Of a stretch of DNA of 64,000 bases, positions 14,722 to 28,605 are shown piece by piece. The notes under the pieces were generated by a model. The model made no database searches and was not told the DNA's origin. It saw nothing but the letters and a program-made list of their open reading frames with translations. The stretch covers positions 19,191,644 to 19,255,643 of the forward strand of contig NC_068989.1 in NCBI RefSeq assembly GCF_001194135.2. The letters are read 5' to 3'. Every line of letters begins with the position of its first letter. The first letter of the stretch is position 1. Made by a program: the position numbers and the translations under genes. This DNA comes from Octopus bimaculoides. Lineage: Eukaryota.

Positions 14722-15325
14722 TATCTTGAGAGAAAAGCTGAACATTAGAAGCATCAGTTGTGGTGTGCAAGAGAGACGATTGCGCTGGTATGGACATGTG
14801 GTGAGAATGGATGAGGATAGCTGCGTGAAAAAGTGCCACACCCTAGCAGTTGAGGGAACCCGTGGAAGAGGTAGGCCCAGGAAGACCTGGGCTGAGGTGG
14901 TGAGGCAAGACCTTCGTACATTGGGCCTCACCGAGGCGATGACTACTGACCGAGACCTTTGAAAATGTGCTGTGCGTGAGAAGACCCGGCAAGCCAAGTA
15001 AGATCGTTGCCAGTGCCCCTGGACTGGCTTGNNNNNNNNNNNNNNNNNNNNNNNNNNNNNNNNNNNNNNNNNNNNNNNNNNNNNNNNNNNNNNNNNNNNN
15101 NNNNNNNNNNNNNNNNNNNNNNNNNNNNNNNNNNNNNNTAAAAGCACCTACTACACTCTCTGAGTGGTTGGCGTTAGGAAGGGCATCCAGCTGTAGAAAC
15201 TCTGCCAAATTTAGATTGGAGCCTGGTGTTGCCATCCGGTTTCACCAGTCCTCAGTCAAATCATCCAACCCATGCTAGCTTGGAAAGCGGACGTTAAACG
15301 ATGATGATGATGATGATGATGATGA
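14722..15325 (+). mobile_element. 5'-truncated RTE LINE 3' end (C-terminus plus 3' UTR, spans a gap)
   Basis: LREKLNIRSISCGVQERRLRWYGHVVRMDEDSCVKKCHTLAVEGTRGRGRPRKTWAEVVRQDL, then the family C UTR and (GAT)8. Confidence 0.93.
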
Positions 15326-16844
15326 ATCTCATGCAAATAACATTACAGTCATTCAAACAGACCTCAGTGCTTGAGTGATGCTTTATTTTATTGCCCACAG
15401 ATAAGGATGTTTCTAGGATTTGAACTTAGTATGTGGAGGACCATAACTAAATTCTTCAATAGGCATTTTTAACCCATGCATGCAGCCACACAGACTTCTC
15501 TGCTGATAATGTTACCATATGTTTTGTCCTCAGCAGCTTCTACATAAAGTCTTCAACATGGTCTTTAACCACTTGTAGAAGCTGGTGAAGGATAAAATCA
15601 CTTCCCATCTGATATGTATGTATATCATCATCATTTAACATCTGTTTTCCATACTGGCATTGGTTTGGATGGTTGGACCAGAGCTGGTCAGCCATGGAGC
15701 TGCCTATGTTCCAATTGTCTGTTTTGACATGGGTTTTATGGCTGGATGACCTTCCTAATCCCAACCACTTTACAGAGTGTAATGGGTGCTTTTTTTTACA
15801 TGGCACCAGCACAAGTGCATTTAACGTGGCACTGGTACAAGTGCTCTCAACATGGCATGAGCACATATATCTTATATGAAACACAGAAATTCAAAACTAT
15901 TTCTAATTTCTTATTCATTATAATGTAATATATTATATTCCAAAATATGAGTCCATTAACTGCATCCTTCTCTCCTCAAAAATAATTCTCAGATTTAAGT
16001 GATAGCACTACTTATATATGATTATTGGCCATAGAATCTCTGAAGTCTTTTCCTACTGACCAATTAATTGATCCTCATAGAGCCTCAGATGATATCACAG
16101 AAGCTAGGATTTCCTTTCAAAGTAGCAGCTGCTAGCTCAATATGATGGTAAAAATATTCCATATACAATACCAATGAATCTGTCTTTTTATCTTCTGTGT
16201 TCCCAATCGCAGATGCTATTAATTGAAAGAAACTATTTGCAGTGTTTTTTTTTATTGTAGCTGTATTGTATAAAAGAAATGTAGTTTATAGAAACAATTT
16301 CTATAACTTTATAGGTAATTCTATATATATATATGCAGTAGAACAACAATCTACAATGACTGTTTAAAATTAGCTTTTATAATGTGTGCATTATTTCATC
16401 CCCTGAAAAAAAAATCTTTGATATATAGTGACAAAAATACTTTTATGATATGTTCTTTATTCAATGTAAAGCTTTGTGAATGATACTAACTTCACAAGTG
16501 TTTCAACATGTGGAACAGTGTTGTTAGTAACAAATGGAGATCATGTCTTCTTACAATATCAAAGCTTGCAAGCTTTTGATAGTAAAGTCACTTGGTTAAA
16601 ACCAGATTCATTTAGATAAGAGGTGAGTACAGAACCAATAGTACAACTATTGTAATATCCGATATTTATGCTGTAGAAACAAACATGATAATTGTAATGT
16701 AATAACTGGGCCAAGAGGATTTTTTTATGTTGGCCATTTAAATTTGTGTGGCCTCTGAAATGTTCATCTTTATATGGTGTCTAAAAATACTGGGGTCAAA
16801 TGGTCCCTGGTTGAAAATCACTACACTGGATACATAATAATAAT

Positions 16845-17668
16845 GAAAAAACACAAAAGGCATTGGAGGGGCAGTGCATACCCTGCACACAGATAGAGTT
16901 TTTCACAAATTATACTGTGGCTTACCCATACTTTTTCATTGAACTGAAATAATTTTTTTTTTTTTTTTCAAGTATCAATATTATAGGTATTTATACTCTG
17001 GTGTAATTAAGAAATCAACTCATAAGTAAACGAAACCCTCGAATCCATCTGGGTACACACGCACATATCTATGTATGCAAGCATGTATGTACACACACGT
17101 GTCTATGCACATAGGTACACCATGATCTATACACATGCAGACGATGGGCCAATTCATATGAAAAAGAAAGTGAACAAAATAATGGGAAATTTGTTAAGTC
17201 CAATTTTTATTTTTTTTAAGTATCACTATTGTATAGGTATTTATACTCCAGTGAAAAGAAATCAAGTCATAAATAAACGAAACCCTCAAATTCGACACTG
17301 TACACATGCACACACACATGTAGAGTCACATATTTATTTCTGTATATATGTATGCACATGTGTCTATGTGCATAGGTACACCATGATCTATACACACACA
17401 GACAAGGGTTGGTTCATATGAAAAAGAAAGTGAGCAAAATAATATGACCACTTACTTTTTGGGGAATTTATAAGTTCAATTGCTTTTGGATTTTTTTTTA
17501 AAGATAATCAAACCAAATGTTCATCATTTCGAGTCACTCACCCAACAAGTATGCCAAATGTGGTGAAAATCCGTTCAGCCATTTTCCGATAATTTTGCAA
17601 ACACACAGACAAAGAAACTAAGATGAGTGATTACACTACCCTGCTTTTGCTTATGCGCGCAGAGTAAT
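16845..17668 (+). mobile_element. Putative Helentron/DINE-like non-autonomous element with an internal ~245-bp tandem duplication
   Basis: The duplication (about 16960-17185 vs 17210-17445) is directly visible. The 3' part GTATGCCAAATGTGGTGAAAATCCGTTCAGCC...ACACACAGACAAA...CTGC-N-GCAG-AGTAATAAT resembles DINE/HINE ends (recalled pattern). Confidence 0.45.
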
Positions 17669-17669
17669 A

Positions 17670-18350
17670 ATCTTTTCTACAATGGGCACAAGGCCTGAAA
17701 TTTGTGGGGAGAGGACTAGTCAATTACCTCAACCACATTACTCGACTGGTACTTATTTCATCGACTCTAAAAGGATGAAAGGCAAAGTCGACCTTTGCAA
17801 AATTTGAACCCAGACTGTAAAGCTGGATGAAATGCCACTAAGCATTTTGCCTGGTGTGCCAGCTCTCTGCCTAAATAATAATAATAATAATGATGGTGAT
17901 GATGATTTCAAATTTTGGCACAAAGCCAACAATTTCAGGGGAGGGGTAAGTTGATTATATCGACCTTAGTGTGTTCAACTGGTACTTCTTTTATTGACCC
18001 AGAAAAGATTAAAGGCAAAGTCAACCTTGGTGGGGTTTGTGAGGCACCTCTTATTAATCATATATTTTTTTAATGAATTTTAGAAAGTCACCTCCCCTTC
18101 CCCTCCTTTATTAGTGTTCTTATTTCTTTATTGCCCACAGTGGGCTAAACATAGAGGGGACAAACAAGGACAGACAAAGGGATTAAGTCGATTACATCGA
18201 CTCCAATGCATAACTAGTACTTAATTTATCGACCCTGAAAGGATGAAAAGCAAAGTCGACCTCGGCGGAATTTGAACTCAGAACGTAACGGCAGACGAAA
18301 TACTGTTAAGCATTTCGCCCGGCATGCTAACGGTTCTGCCAGCTCACTGC
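17670..18350 (-). mobile_element. Cluster of three family B SINE copies
   Basis: Repeated GGATGAAAGGCAAAGTCGACC...GAATTTGAAC cores at ~17770, ~18010 and ~18240; the 18110-18350 copy is near consensus. Confidence 0.85.
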
Positions 18351-18546
18351 TCCTTTATTAGTGTTCTAAACTGATTTTGGTCTTCAGTATAACATTCTTG
18401 CAATATTACATTGGCATTGTTTGTGATTTTCCAGTCGGCTATGGAACCAAAGTTGAAGATATGCAGTGTTGCAAATGCAGTGTTGCAAATGCAGTATTGT
18501 ATGAGCCATTTTTTCATCTCTCCATCAGTTATACAAAATGTCTTAA

Positions 18547-19098
18547 CCCTTTAGCATTTAAATCAGCCATATCTGCCCAAAATATCAAAGTTGTTTTTAT
18601 GTTTAAATTGTCCAGATCTAGCCTCTCACACCAGTCCTACAATATCATTCATCATCATCGTTTAACATCCGCTTTCCATGCTAGCATGGGTTGGACGATT
18701 TGACTGAGGACTGGTGAACCAGATGGCTACACCAGGCTCCAATCTGATTTGGCAGAGTTTCTACAGCTGGATGCCTTTCCTAACGCCAACCACTCTGAGA
18801 TGTGTAGTGGGTGCTTTTACGTGCCACCGGCACGAAGGCCAGTCAGGCGGTACTGGCAACGGCCATGCTAAGAGGTGTATTTTACATGCCACCCGCACAG
18901 GAGCCAGTCCAGCGGCACTGGCAACGATCTCGCTTGAATGTCTTTTCACCCAAAATCTCTTAGCTGTGAAATAATGCATGATTAACTCAAAGCAGAGTGA
19001 ATAAATCAATATTACTTTATTCTATTATTTGTTTTAGTCATTTAACTGTGACCATGCTGGAGCACTGCCGTAAACATAATAATGTTGATACTAAAGGG
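18547..19098. mobile_element. piggyBac-type MITE interrupted by a family C insertion (about 18651-18945, minus) and a SINE tail
   Basis: TTAA|CCCTTTAGCATT at 18543 and GATACTAAAGGG|TTAA ending at 19102; the internal sequence matches the reverse complement of the 58246 copy up to the insertion. Confidence 0.7.
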
Positions 19099-19422
19099 TT
19101 AAATAGTTTCCAATGTAAGCCACATAACTGAATATTTGAGTCAAATTTTGTTTCTTCTCAGTCTGCTGTTACCATTTATCTATTTATTTTTCCCCCGTTG
19201 TCAGTCTTTTGGAAAGATATTGCCCACATACCCAGCTACCCAGCATCCTTAACCTTTCTCAGAGGCTGTAGAATACTTTCTTTTTTATAACCACCCATTT
19301 CTGGGTTAACCACCTTAGACAGAATGGTTGGCAGAATGGGTTGGAGTGAATTATTTCTCTGTTTGGCTGTTATTGAATAAATGAATAAAATGTGTGGCTT
19401 GTGGAGAACTGTAATCATTTTC

Positions 19423-19461
<39 letters not shown>

Positions 19462-19974
19462 TTGGTTCAAAGATTCCTGGCCTCCAAAGTATTCCTATAT
19501 GGAATCAATTCTTTGTCATCTCCTCATACTTTCACCCTTCACTGCTCTGAAAGACTGAAGATTCTCCTTCCGTTACACTAATTAACTGCCTGTTAAAAAG
19601 GTTCATGTGACACCATTCCTCTGTCTGTACTTCCTGTTCAGCTTGTTGAAACTAGTTGAGCTATTGGGAAAGCTAATCTTTCACCTCCTCCCTTCCTTAC
19701 ACTTGCCTTCTCATCTGTTGGGGCTGTTTGGATTTCCACCCCAGTTCTACTGTGCTTTTTGCAGTGTGTTATTTAAGACTTCTTGCGTTGTTATTGTTAT
19801 TTAGCCTCTAGTTAACTCTTTACAAACAGTGGCATTCCAGTCATGACCATCCTGTCTTTCATGTGTATTATCATATTCAATGCATTCCTTTTGAAAATGG
19901 CATGGTGTATTTTGAGAGTGATTTGGCTGCTATTTCTAGGTGATCAAGTAACTATGTAGATTGCTCCCCTTATT

Positions 19975-20438
19975 CTTCTACTCTTTACTCTTTTGTTTGT
20001 CATTTAACTGTGGCCATGCTACAGCACCATCTTGAGGACTTCTGGTCGAACAAATCGACCCCAGGACTTATTTTTTTTAAAGCCAAGTACTTATTCTGTC
20101 AGTCACTTTTGCTGAACTGCTAAGCTACGGTGATGTAAACACACCAACACCAATTGTCAGGTGGTGATGGGAAGGACACACACACACACACATACACACA
20201 TACACACATATATATATATATGTTTCTGTCATATACATACATACATATACATATATTTGCTTCTGTCTCTCACACACACACACACACACGTTTCTGTCTA
20301 TCAAATCCACTCACAAAGCTTTGGTTGGCCCGAGCTATAGTAGAAGACATTAGCCCAAGGTGCCACACAGTGGGACTGATCCTAGAACCATGTGGTTCGG
20401 AAGCAAGCTTCTTACCACACAGTCACGCCTGTGCCCTT
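19975..20438 (-). mobile_element. Family A SINE, full length
   Basis: Reverse complement of consensus with a central (CA)/(TA) tract. Confidence 0.9.
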
Positions 20439-20689
20439 ATTAGTTTGATGAGTAGGAGGTAGTTTTCATTTAATAATTAATAACTACTACCTATAGGCAC
20501 TGGCATGGCTGTATGGTTGAGAAATTCACTTCACAGAGGCCATGTCTGGCCATAGGGAAAATATTACCTTGCTTGGAAGTGGTGGCAAGAGCAGCATCTG
20601 GCTGTAGAAAATCTGCTTCAATAAACTGTCTAAATCCTGGAAGCATAAAGAAGTGGGCATTAAACATGATGATGATGATGATGTACATA

Positions 20690-20864
20690 GGCTTAGGAGT
20701 GGCTGTGTGGTAAGTAGCTTGCTTACCAACCACATGGTTCTGGGTTCAGTCCCACTGTGTGGCACTTTGGGCAAGTGTCTTCTGCTATAGCCTCGGGCTG
20801 ACCAAAGCCTTGTGAGTGGATTTGGTAGATGGAAACTGAAAGAAGCCCGTCGTATATATGTATG

Positions 20865-20903
<39 letters not shown>

Positions 20904-21112
20904 ATGTTTGTGTGTCTGTGTTTGTCCCCCCCAGCATCGGTTGACAACCGATGCTGGTGTGTTTACGTCCCCATAACTTAGCGGTTCGACAAAAGAGACC
21001 GATAGAATAAGTACTAGGCTTCCGAAGAATAAGTCCTGGGGTCGATTTGCTCGACTAAAAAGGCGGTGCTCCAGCATGGTCGCAGTCAAATGACAAACGA
21101 GTAAAAGAGTAT
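20690..21112 (+). mobile_element. Family A SINE, full length, near consensus
   Basis: A box TGGCTGTGTGG, B-box-like GGTTCAGTCC, central (TA)n(TG)n, tail ...CAAATGACAAACGAGTAAAAGAG. Confidence 0.93.
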
Positions 21113-21959
21113 GGGTAGAATATATTTAATATTATATAGGTCTGCACTGTGGCTATAAGCAACACCCACAACACATACATGCATAAAACAAAACCTGTTC
21201 GCATATATTTATCATTTTTTCAAATGAAGAGAACATAGGAGAGGATGAAGACAGTTTGGAAGGTTCATGTGTTTGCATAAATTGAATAAGCAGGTGTTTT
21301 GTTGCTAGGAATCCATTGAATAGTAGTTCCTGCTCCCAGTTTGGTCTATAATACAACCATTAATAAATTACCTGCTTTATCTGGTTTAAAGGTTCATTCA
21401 TTTTAACCTCACAATCTTACTGATATCTTTTATTTTTTTTATTAGTTTCAATCATTAGACTGTGGTCATGCTGGGGCACCACCTTTAAGAATTTTAGTTG
21501 ATCCCAATACTTTTTTTTTGTTGTTGTTTTGTTTTCTAAAGCCTGATACTTATCCTGTCTGTGTCTTTTACTGAACTGCTAAGTTATGGGGACATAAACA
21601 CACCAACACCATTTGTCAAGTGGTGGTGGGAAACAAACACAGATACAAAGATACACACACACACACACACACACTCACATACACCATATGTGATGAGCTT
21701 CTTTCGATTTCCATCTGCAAAATTCACTCACAAGGTTTTGGTTGGCCCGAGACTATAGTAGAAAACATTTGTCCAAGGTGCCATGCTTCTTACTTGGAAA
21801 CAGGTGAGGGTTGTTACCAGAAAGGGTATCTGATCATAGAAAGCATACCTCAAATTCCATTCAAGCTCTGCATGCATTGAAAAGTGGATGTTAAAATGAT
21901 GATGAGGATATATGTATGTTAGGCACACTCAAAGGGATGTTATTGTCCTCAACAAGTCT

Positions 21960-22585
21960 CTTTTTACTCTCTTTTACTCTTTTACTTGTTTCAGTCATTT
22001 GACTGTGGCCATGCTGGAGCACCACCTTTAGTCAAGCAAATCGACCCCAGGACATATTCTTTGTGAGCCTAGTACTTATTCTATCAGTCTCTTTTGCTGA
22101 ACTGCTAAGTTACGGGGACGTAAACACACCACTCTCGGTTGTCAAGCGATGGTGAGGAGACAAACACAGACACACAAACATATACACACATACATATATA
22201 TATACATGCGTGGGTATGGCTGTGTTGTTAGGAAGCTTGCTTCCCAGCTACATGGTTTCGGGTTCAGTCCCACTGCGTGGCACCTTGGGCAAGTGTCTTC
22301 TGCTATAGCCCCGAGCCGACCGAAGCTTTGTGATTGAATTTGGTAGGCAGAAGTTACTGCCGTGTGTGTATATGTCTGTGTATGTGCTTGTGCCTCTCCC
22401 AAAGAGAGAGAGAGAGGGATATATACGACAGGCTTCTTTCAGTCTCCATCTACCAAATCCACTCACAAGGCTTTGGTTGGCCCGAGGCTATAGTAGAAGA
22501 CACTTGCCCAAGGTGCCACGCAGTGGGACTGAACCCAGAACCATGTGGTTGGTAAGCAAGCTACTTACCACACAGCCACTCCTGC
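21960..22585. mobile_element. Nested or rearranged family A SINEs (minus tail, plus head, minus head)
   Basis: 21965-22200 is a minus 3' half, 22210-22400 a plus 5' half and 22420-22583 a minus 5' half. Confidence 0.85.
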
Positions 22586-23281
22586 ACCTGTGGAGTTTTT
22601 TTGATCCTTCAATGTTTCTACCCATTTGTTAACTACCTAACAGACTGTGCTGGATGTATTTCATTATGGTATTAGTAAGGTTTACTTCTATTACATAAAA
22701 CTAGAAAGTCTTCAGTACACAATGATGTGTTTTGTTTGATACGCTAATAATGATTTCTAAGTCAGATATGAAGCAAACAGAATCGAGTTGACTCGGGTAC
22801 TTGTTTGCTACCACTGGAAGGACAAATCTCAGATGGATTTTGAACCTAGAATGTAAATATTGCAGGGGTACTTTTTTTTCCTGGTGTTATATGGTAATGT
22901 ACACACACTGCCTATCCGCTGTATCATCTCAAACGTGTAATAACAAAAACAAGAGCTAATCTGAACTGACTACTTAAATAGTGTGACTGTTTGTGTTATG
23001 TCAGATGTAGTAATAGTGAAAACATGTGTGTCACCAAATCTTGGAAGGAAGGCTGCATCTCTGTCTAGGAGTTTACTGACAGTAGAGGAACGATGTCTTG
23101 TAAATGTTTTGATCTTATATCTCTTATGTTCTACTTAATCCTCCCAGTTCTCTTTCTCTCTTTCTATCTATTTATATATCACTTACACTCTCCCCACCTC
23201 TCTCTCNNNNNNNNNNNNNNNNNNNNNNNNNNNNNNNNNNNNNNNNNNNNNNNNNNNNNNNNNNNNNNNNNNNNNNNNNNN

Positions 23282-23319
<38 letters not shown>

Positions 23320-24329
23320 ATCCATCCATCCACTTACCCACCCACAAACACATTGGGTCTCAAAATGCACTGATGTGGATTTGGTTTTCAGGTTTGTCAG
23401 TCGTGGTGGTGGTGGGGAATTTCCCAGATTTTTTTCCTTTGAGGAATTCCAACACACACACACACACGTGTGTGCATGTGACATGACAGTCATGGTGGTA
23501 GCAGCAATGGTGACTGTTCCAGTCATTTGTAGAAATCTTTTGTTGCTTCTCTTCCAAGCAATCCTTGAGACACACATACCCAGGTTTTTTCTTTCTTTTT
23601 GTCCTTTTTTTCCACCCTGCTTCCTCCTTCCCTACTCCTGCCACCCTGTCCTTTGCCTACTCTCATCAAAGATGGTGATAGTGACTGTTATCTGACACGG
23701 CGGGGGGGGGGGGGTCAATAAAGCCTAAAATACATCCATGTGTTGACAGCTTCATATGAAAAATGAAATCAGCTTTTAAGGATCTTTGTATCCTGTTTGA
23801 GAAGATATCCTTAAGAAAGGAAATGGAAGAGATTCTTCCTTGATATGGCTCAGTAAATTGCTGGAAATTCTTATCTCTGTTAAATAAATAAATCTACACG
23901 TATTTTGTTGTTTTGTTTTTACTCGTACATGCTTGGTTAATAGTAATTCATTCATTCATTTGATTATTCATTCATTATTCTCGTTCTTATCACTACTACC
24001 ACCACCTACACAACAAATTCACCACCACCACCACCACTACTACTAGTACTACTAGTATTACTATGTTCATGTTTTTTAGTTTTGTAGTGTGTTCTGAGGT
24101 GTTTGATTCTCAACATCCTGTCAGGAAGTTGGATGGGTTTTATTTTATTTTATTTAAATTTTTTTTTTCCCTTTGGTATTTGTGTGTGTGTGTGCAGAGG
24201 TTGGTTAGTTTGAGTATGATGAGTGGCAGAGTTGATGGAATGTGATCTGTTTTGATTACGGTGACTTATGCAAATTTATCTAGTTTGTCTCATTTATTAT
24301 GTCTGTGTTAAATGTTGTGTTTAAAACAT

Positions 24330-24900
24330 TTCTGATAGCCTTTGTACTGAATGCTTCCTTTCCACTTTGCCTCACCTCCTCCATTACCAACTTCTTCCTC
24401 ATCTATGTTTTCCTCTTTCACAACATACTTCCGCCTCACTATACCAGTCTAGTGGCCCAGTGGTAATATTTCCTTTTAGTAATATAAAGTACTGGCTTTG
24501 AATTTCAATCTGCATCTTCACCAGACCTCTGATCTTTGAAGAAAACCCCCACTTGCTCCTGTGAAGGGCGTTGTTGGTTGCTGCTGTATAATAGCCTTCC
24601 TGACAGCAAAAGGTTTTATTCATTCTGTTTGCTGCCCAACTAGTAATTTCCTTGCTGTTAGGTCTCACCCATTGTAGATTGACCCTTGATGTACCATTAA
24701 GTGTTGTGTAAGTAGGTGCCTGTCTGGTGCCTACTTACATCTAGCTCAGCCTCTGCAAATGGTTGTGTAATCATTGTTTATGAAGCAGTCACTCTTATGT
24801 TTAACAACCTCATCCATGCTGTTTTCATCCAGGTTTATTTGCTGCAATATCAACTGTTGTGTGGTTAATGTTAGGGCATTCATGAAAATCATCCTAGATT
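24330..24900 (-). mobile_element. Very decayed RTE-like LINE C-terminal region
   Basis: Minus-frame pieces such as QINLDENSMDEVVKH..FINND weakly echo I.LDG..LEEV..F.YLGS.I..DG; many stops. Confidence 0.3.
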
Positions 24901-27667
24901 AAAGGAAATATTGCCACCTCTCGTCTTTTAGAAGGGCAGTTATATATGATACTAAATCATAGAGACTGTATGTTACCAATGGTCTCATGTGGTCACAGAT
25001 CTGATATAGTGCTGCTGTTACACGCATAAATATTCTCAAACACATGCAAAAAGACATTCACAGACATTGCAGGTAATATCCAAAAAAACATTCAACTAAT
25101 TAGTAAAGATTCACTACAATACACTACAAGTTCTTGCTCATGAATATAATGTTTGTTCTTGCTGTCTCTTCTCTTGTTACTACTGTGGTGACTTCTCCTC
25201 TCTGAATTAGCCAGCTGCATACTCTCTTTGGTCAAGTTTACTGGGCACCAATGCCTCTCCTTTCATCACCCTTACTGGTATCTGACTTCCAGCAGAGCTA
25301 CTCTCTGAAATTCTCCTCCTTCCTCATATTTTCCCATACTGACACCTATCCACAGATGTTTGAAACTTATCACTAGTCTGGGAGGTCATTGGTACTCTCT
25401 TTTCTCCAATCACTGAAAAAAAAATTCTTCATCTTTTAGCACTTTACCGATCTGAAACTTAAAGTTGTTTGGTGATGGACTCACCTTCAATGTATATGTA
25501 GGAGTTAGTGGCTACAGTTAATGATGACAGCTATTAAATGTAAGCTGAAGATGACTATTCTGGTTGGGGGGGGGGGGATTGTAGTAAAACAACTTGTTCA
25601 GAGCCTTTGTTGGTCAAGGCTGAGTATACATCTGCACAATGTATGTGTCAACATGGGCAAGATTTTTTCGACGAAGAGTGACAATTATCCATGCATGCAA
25701 GCCTCTCTTCCTCTTCAATGGTTATCTAAGGGTAAGGCCACTGACTTGAGCCTTTATAGCTTGGCATCAATGACATCATTGGCATTGCTATCAGAACACA
25801 GACAACCAGAACAGACACCACAAGGCATCCCATCCCATCTGACTCTCTGCATTTCTGTTAGTCCACCACTCTTTATTGATCCTGAAAGAATGAAAGACAA
25901 AATAGACCTCAGTAAGTTTTGAACATGGGGTACAGACAGGCAGCAATCATTTGACTGAATTGATAAAGCATCACAGTATTTTTCTCTGATTCTCTGCATT
26001 CTGGTTTGAATCTTACCGTGGTCAGTTTTGCATTTCAACTTTTGAGAAATTGACAAAAAAGTACCAATCCAGTGGATTGATGACAGAACTGTAAAATCAT
26101 CAAACCAGATGCTTTCCAGTATTTATTCCAGTTTGTTGGCATTTTGAGTTCAAATCCTGCCATACTCTAAGGGCAGTAGACTGCATCTGTTGCCCTGTTT
26201 AACATCCCCAATTTGGCACTTTTGATACTTTTGGCAAAGTCCACTCTGTTGCAAGCATTAGGACCTGATCTCCAGTTTAAGGAAAACTCCCTCCTTCCCT
26301 CCCCTCCACCTTCCACCAGTCTCTGAGGCCCTGTAAAGGGTCATGGGCAATGCCTTTCCTCCTGACTTATAGATTAGAACAAAAACAAAACTAGCGTAGA
26401 GAGGGTATGTCATTGATGAGGTCATAAATTTCTGATGAACCTAGCTAATTGATCAAATGACCAAATAATTGATTAGTTAATCAATTAAATGTTTAACTAA
26501 TTGACTCATAAATCTTTCTACTATAAGCATAAAGCCTGAAATTTCGAGGGGAGGGAGCTAGTCATTTACATTGACTCCAGTGCTTGTACTTACTTCACTG
26601 ACCACAAAATGATGAAAGACAAAGTAGCCCTTGATGGAATTTGAACTTAGAATGTAAAGCCAGAAAAAATGCTAAGCATTTCGTCTGGTGTGCTGATGAT
26701 TCTATTAGCTGACCACCTTAATTGACTAATAATAATAAAAGAAGTGAAATAGAACCAGTGCATGTGTTTATTATTGGCATGATGACCCTCCTGGGATACA
26801 AGAAAAACAAAAGCTATATATGTATTTCATAGCCTGACATCTGACCTCCTTCAACCCATGTAGCACTTGTGTTAGGGGATGTGACTTAATGACCTTAATC
26901 TCTACTACACTGGAAGCTAGCTAGCTGTGTAAAATTAGATAGTCAAGTTTATATCAAGGACATTTTCTTTCTAGGATGGTGATTGTCTTTCATTTATTTA
27001 ATACTACCGGAAACTGCAGATAAGGTCTATCCCTATGAGTCATGCTGAGTGGAGCATGGCTATAGATCATTAGAACATTTTGAAAGGGCAATCACATTTA
27101 AGAGTGATTAGGATTGGAGGACTTATTTGTTTCTAAAGCTGTTTCCTAAATTTAGTGACTTTGTTTGCAATCAACTAGTCTTTGTTGTTGTTGTTATTGT
27201 GTGATCATGTGTTAAAGTGCAATTCATTCATTGTTTATAATGGCCGTCCCTAACTCATTGTTTGCAGGCAACATATTGTTCGTACAGATCTTTTGTGCTA
27301 ACCCTTTGTACATACACACACATGTATATATTTACATACATACACATATATTTACATACATATACATATATTTACACACTCACACACACACATACTTGTA
27401 ATTCTCTCTCTCCCCCACATATACAATAATCACATCATTATATCATTTTTATTATTGGTCACATTCATACCATGTATAGAAGGTTTTGTTTGAAGGTAGA
27501 TGGAAGCTTGAGACCACTGCTTTCTGTAATTTTGTCATCACATTTTAAACAATGATTCATATAAAATGTGGAGTGAGCTTCTGTATTATTGCTGTTGTTT
27601 AACCATAGGCCAGCATTGGTTGAGCAGTTCCTATAATCAAAAACTTTCCACCCAAGACCACTCTGTT

Positions 27668-27905
27668 TTTCTTATTTCTTTATTGCCCACAAGGGGTTAG
27701 ACATAGAGGGAACAAACAAGGACAGAGAAAGGTATTAAGTCGATTACATCGACCCCAGAGCATAACTGGTACTTAATTTATCGACCCCAAAAGGATGAAA
27801 GGCAAAGTCGACCTCGGCTGAATTTGAACTCAGAACGTAACGGCAGACGAAATACCGCTAAGCATTTCACCCAGCGTGCTTACGATTCTGCCAGCTCGCC
27901 GCCGA
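27668..27905 (-). mobile_element. Family B SINE, near consensus
   Basis: Reverse complement reads GGCGGCGAGCTGGCAGAATCGT...GAGTTCAAATTC.GCCGAGGTCGACTTTGCCTTTCATCC... Further copies at ~26515-26725, 29310-29945 (three) and 55960-56100. Confidence 0.88.
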
Positions 27906-28231
27906 TTTTCTTTTAGGGATATCTAGGCCTAAGGCCTACATTATCAATGTGTCCTTCCTCACTTTCAAGACAGAAGGTGTTTTTTTTTGAGGGAATTTTA
28001 GCTATTATTTTTAAACAGGTCATGAGATTCTCATTAACAGATCAATTCAGTTCAGGCAACTCATTACACAAACAGTGGCTGTGTGGATAAGGCTCTAAAC
28101 TACCTACTTGGAGATTAGAGGTTCAAATCATCTATTGGTTGTACTTTGTGTTCCTGAGCAGAACATTATTATTTTATATTTCTGAAGTTGAACTAGCTGT
28201 TAGGATATGTTTATTATTTTAATCTGTGCAT

Positions 28232-28605
28232 CTATAGGTACAGGTGTGGCTGTGTGGTAAACAGTTTGCTTCCCAAGCACATGGTTCTAGGTTCAGTTCC
28301 ACTGTGTAGTACTTTAGGTAAGTCTCAGGCTGACCAAAGCCTTGTGAGTGGATTTGATAGAGGGAAACTGAAAGAAGCCCACCATATATGTGTGTTTGTG
28401 TGTATGTCTGTCTCCAACCACTGCTTGACAATCAGTGTTGATGTCTTTACTTCCCCCTGACTTAATGGTTCAGCAAAAAGGAAATGATAGAATAAGTATC
28501 AGGCTTAAAAAAAAAAAAGCACTGGGGTCAATTCATTTGACTAAAATTCTTCAAGGCAGTGCCCCAGCATGGCCACAGTCTAATGGCTTAAACAAGTAAA
28601 AGATA
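28232..28605 (+). mobile_element. Family A SINE (diverged)
   Basis: Head, core and tail match consensus. Confidence 0.85.
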
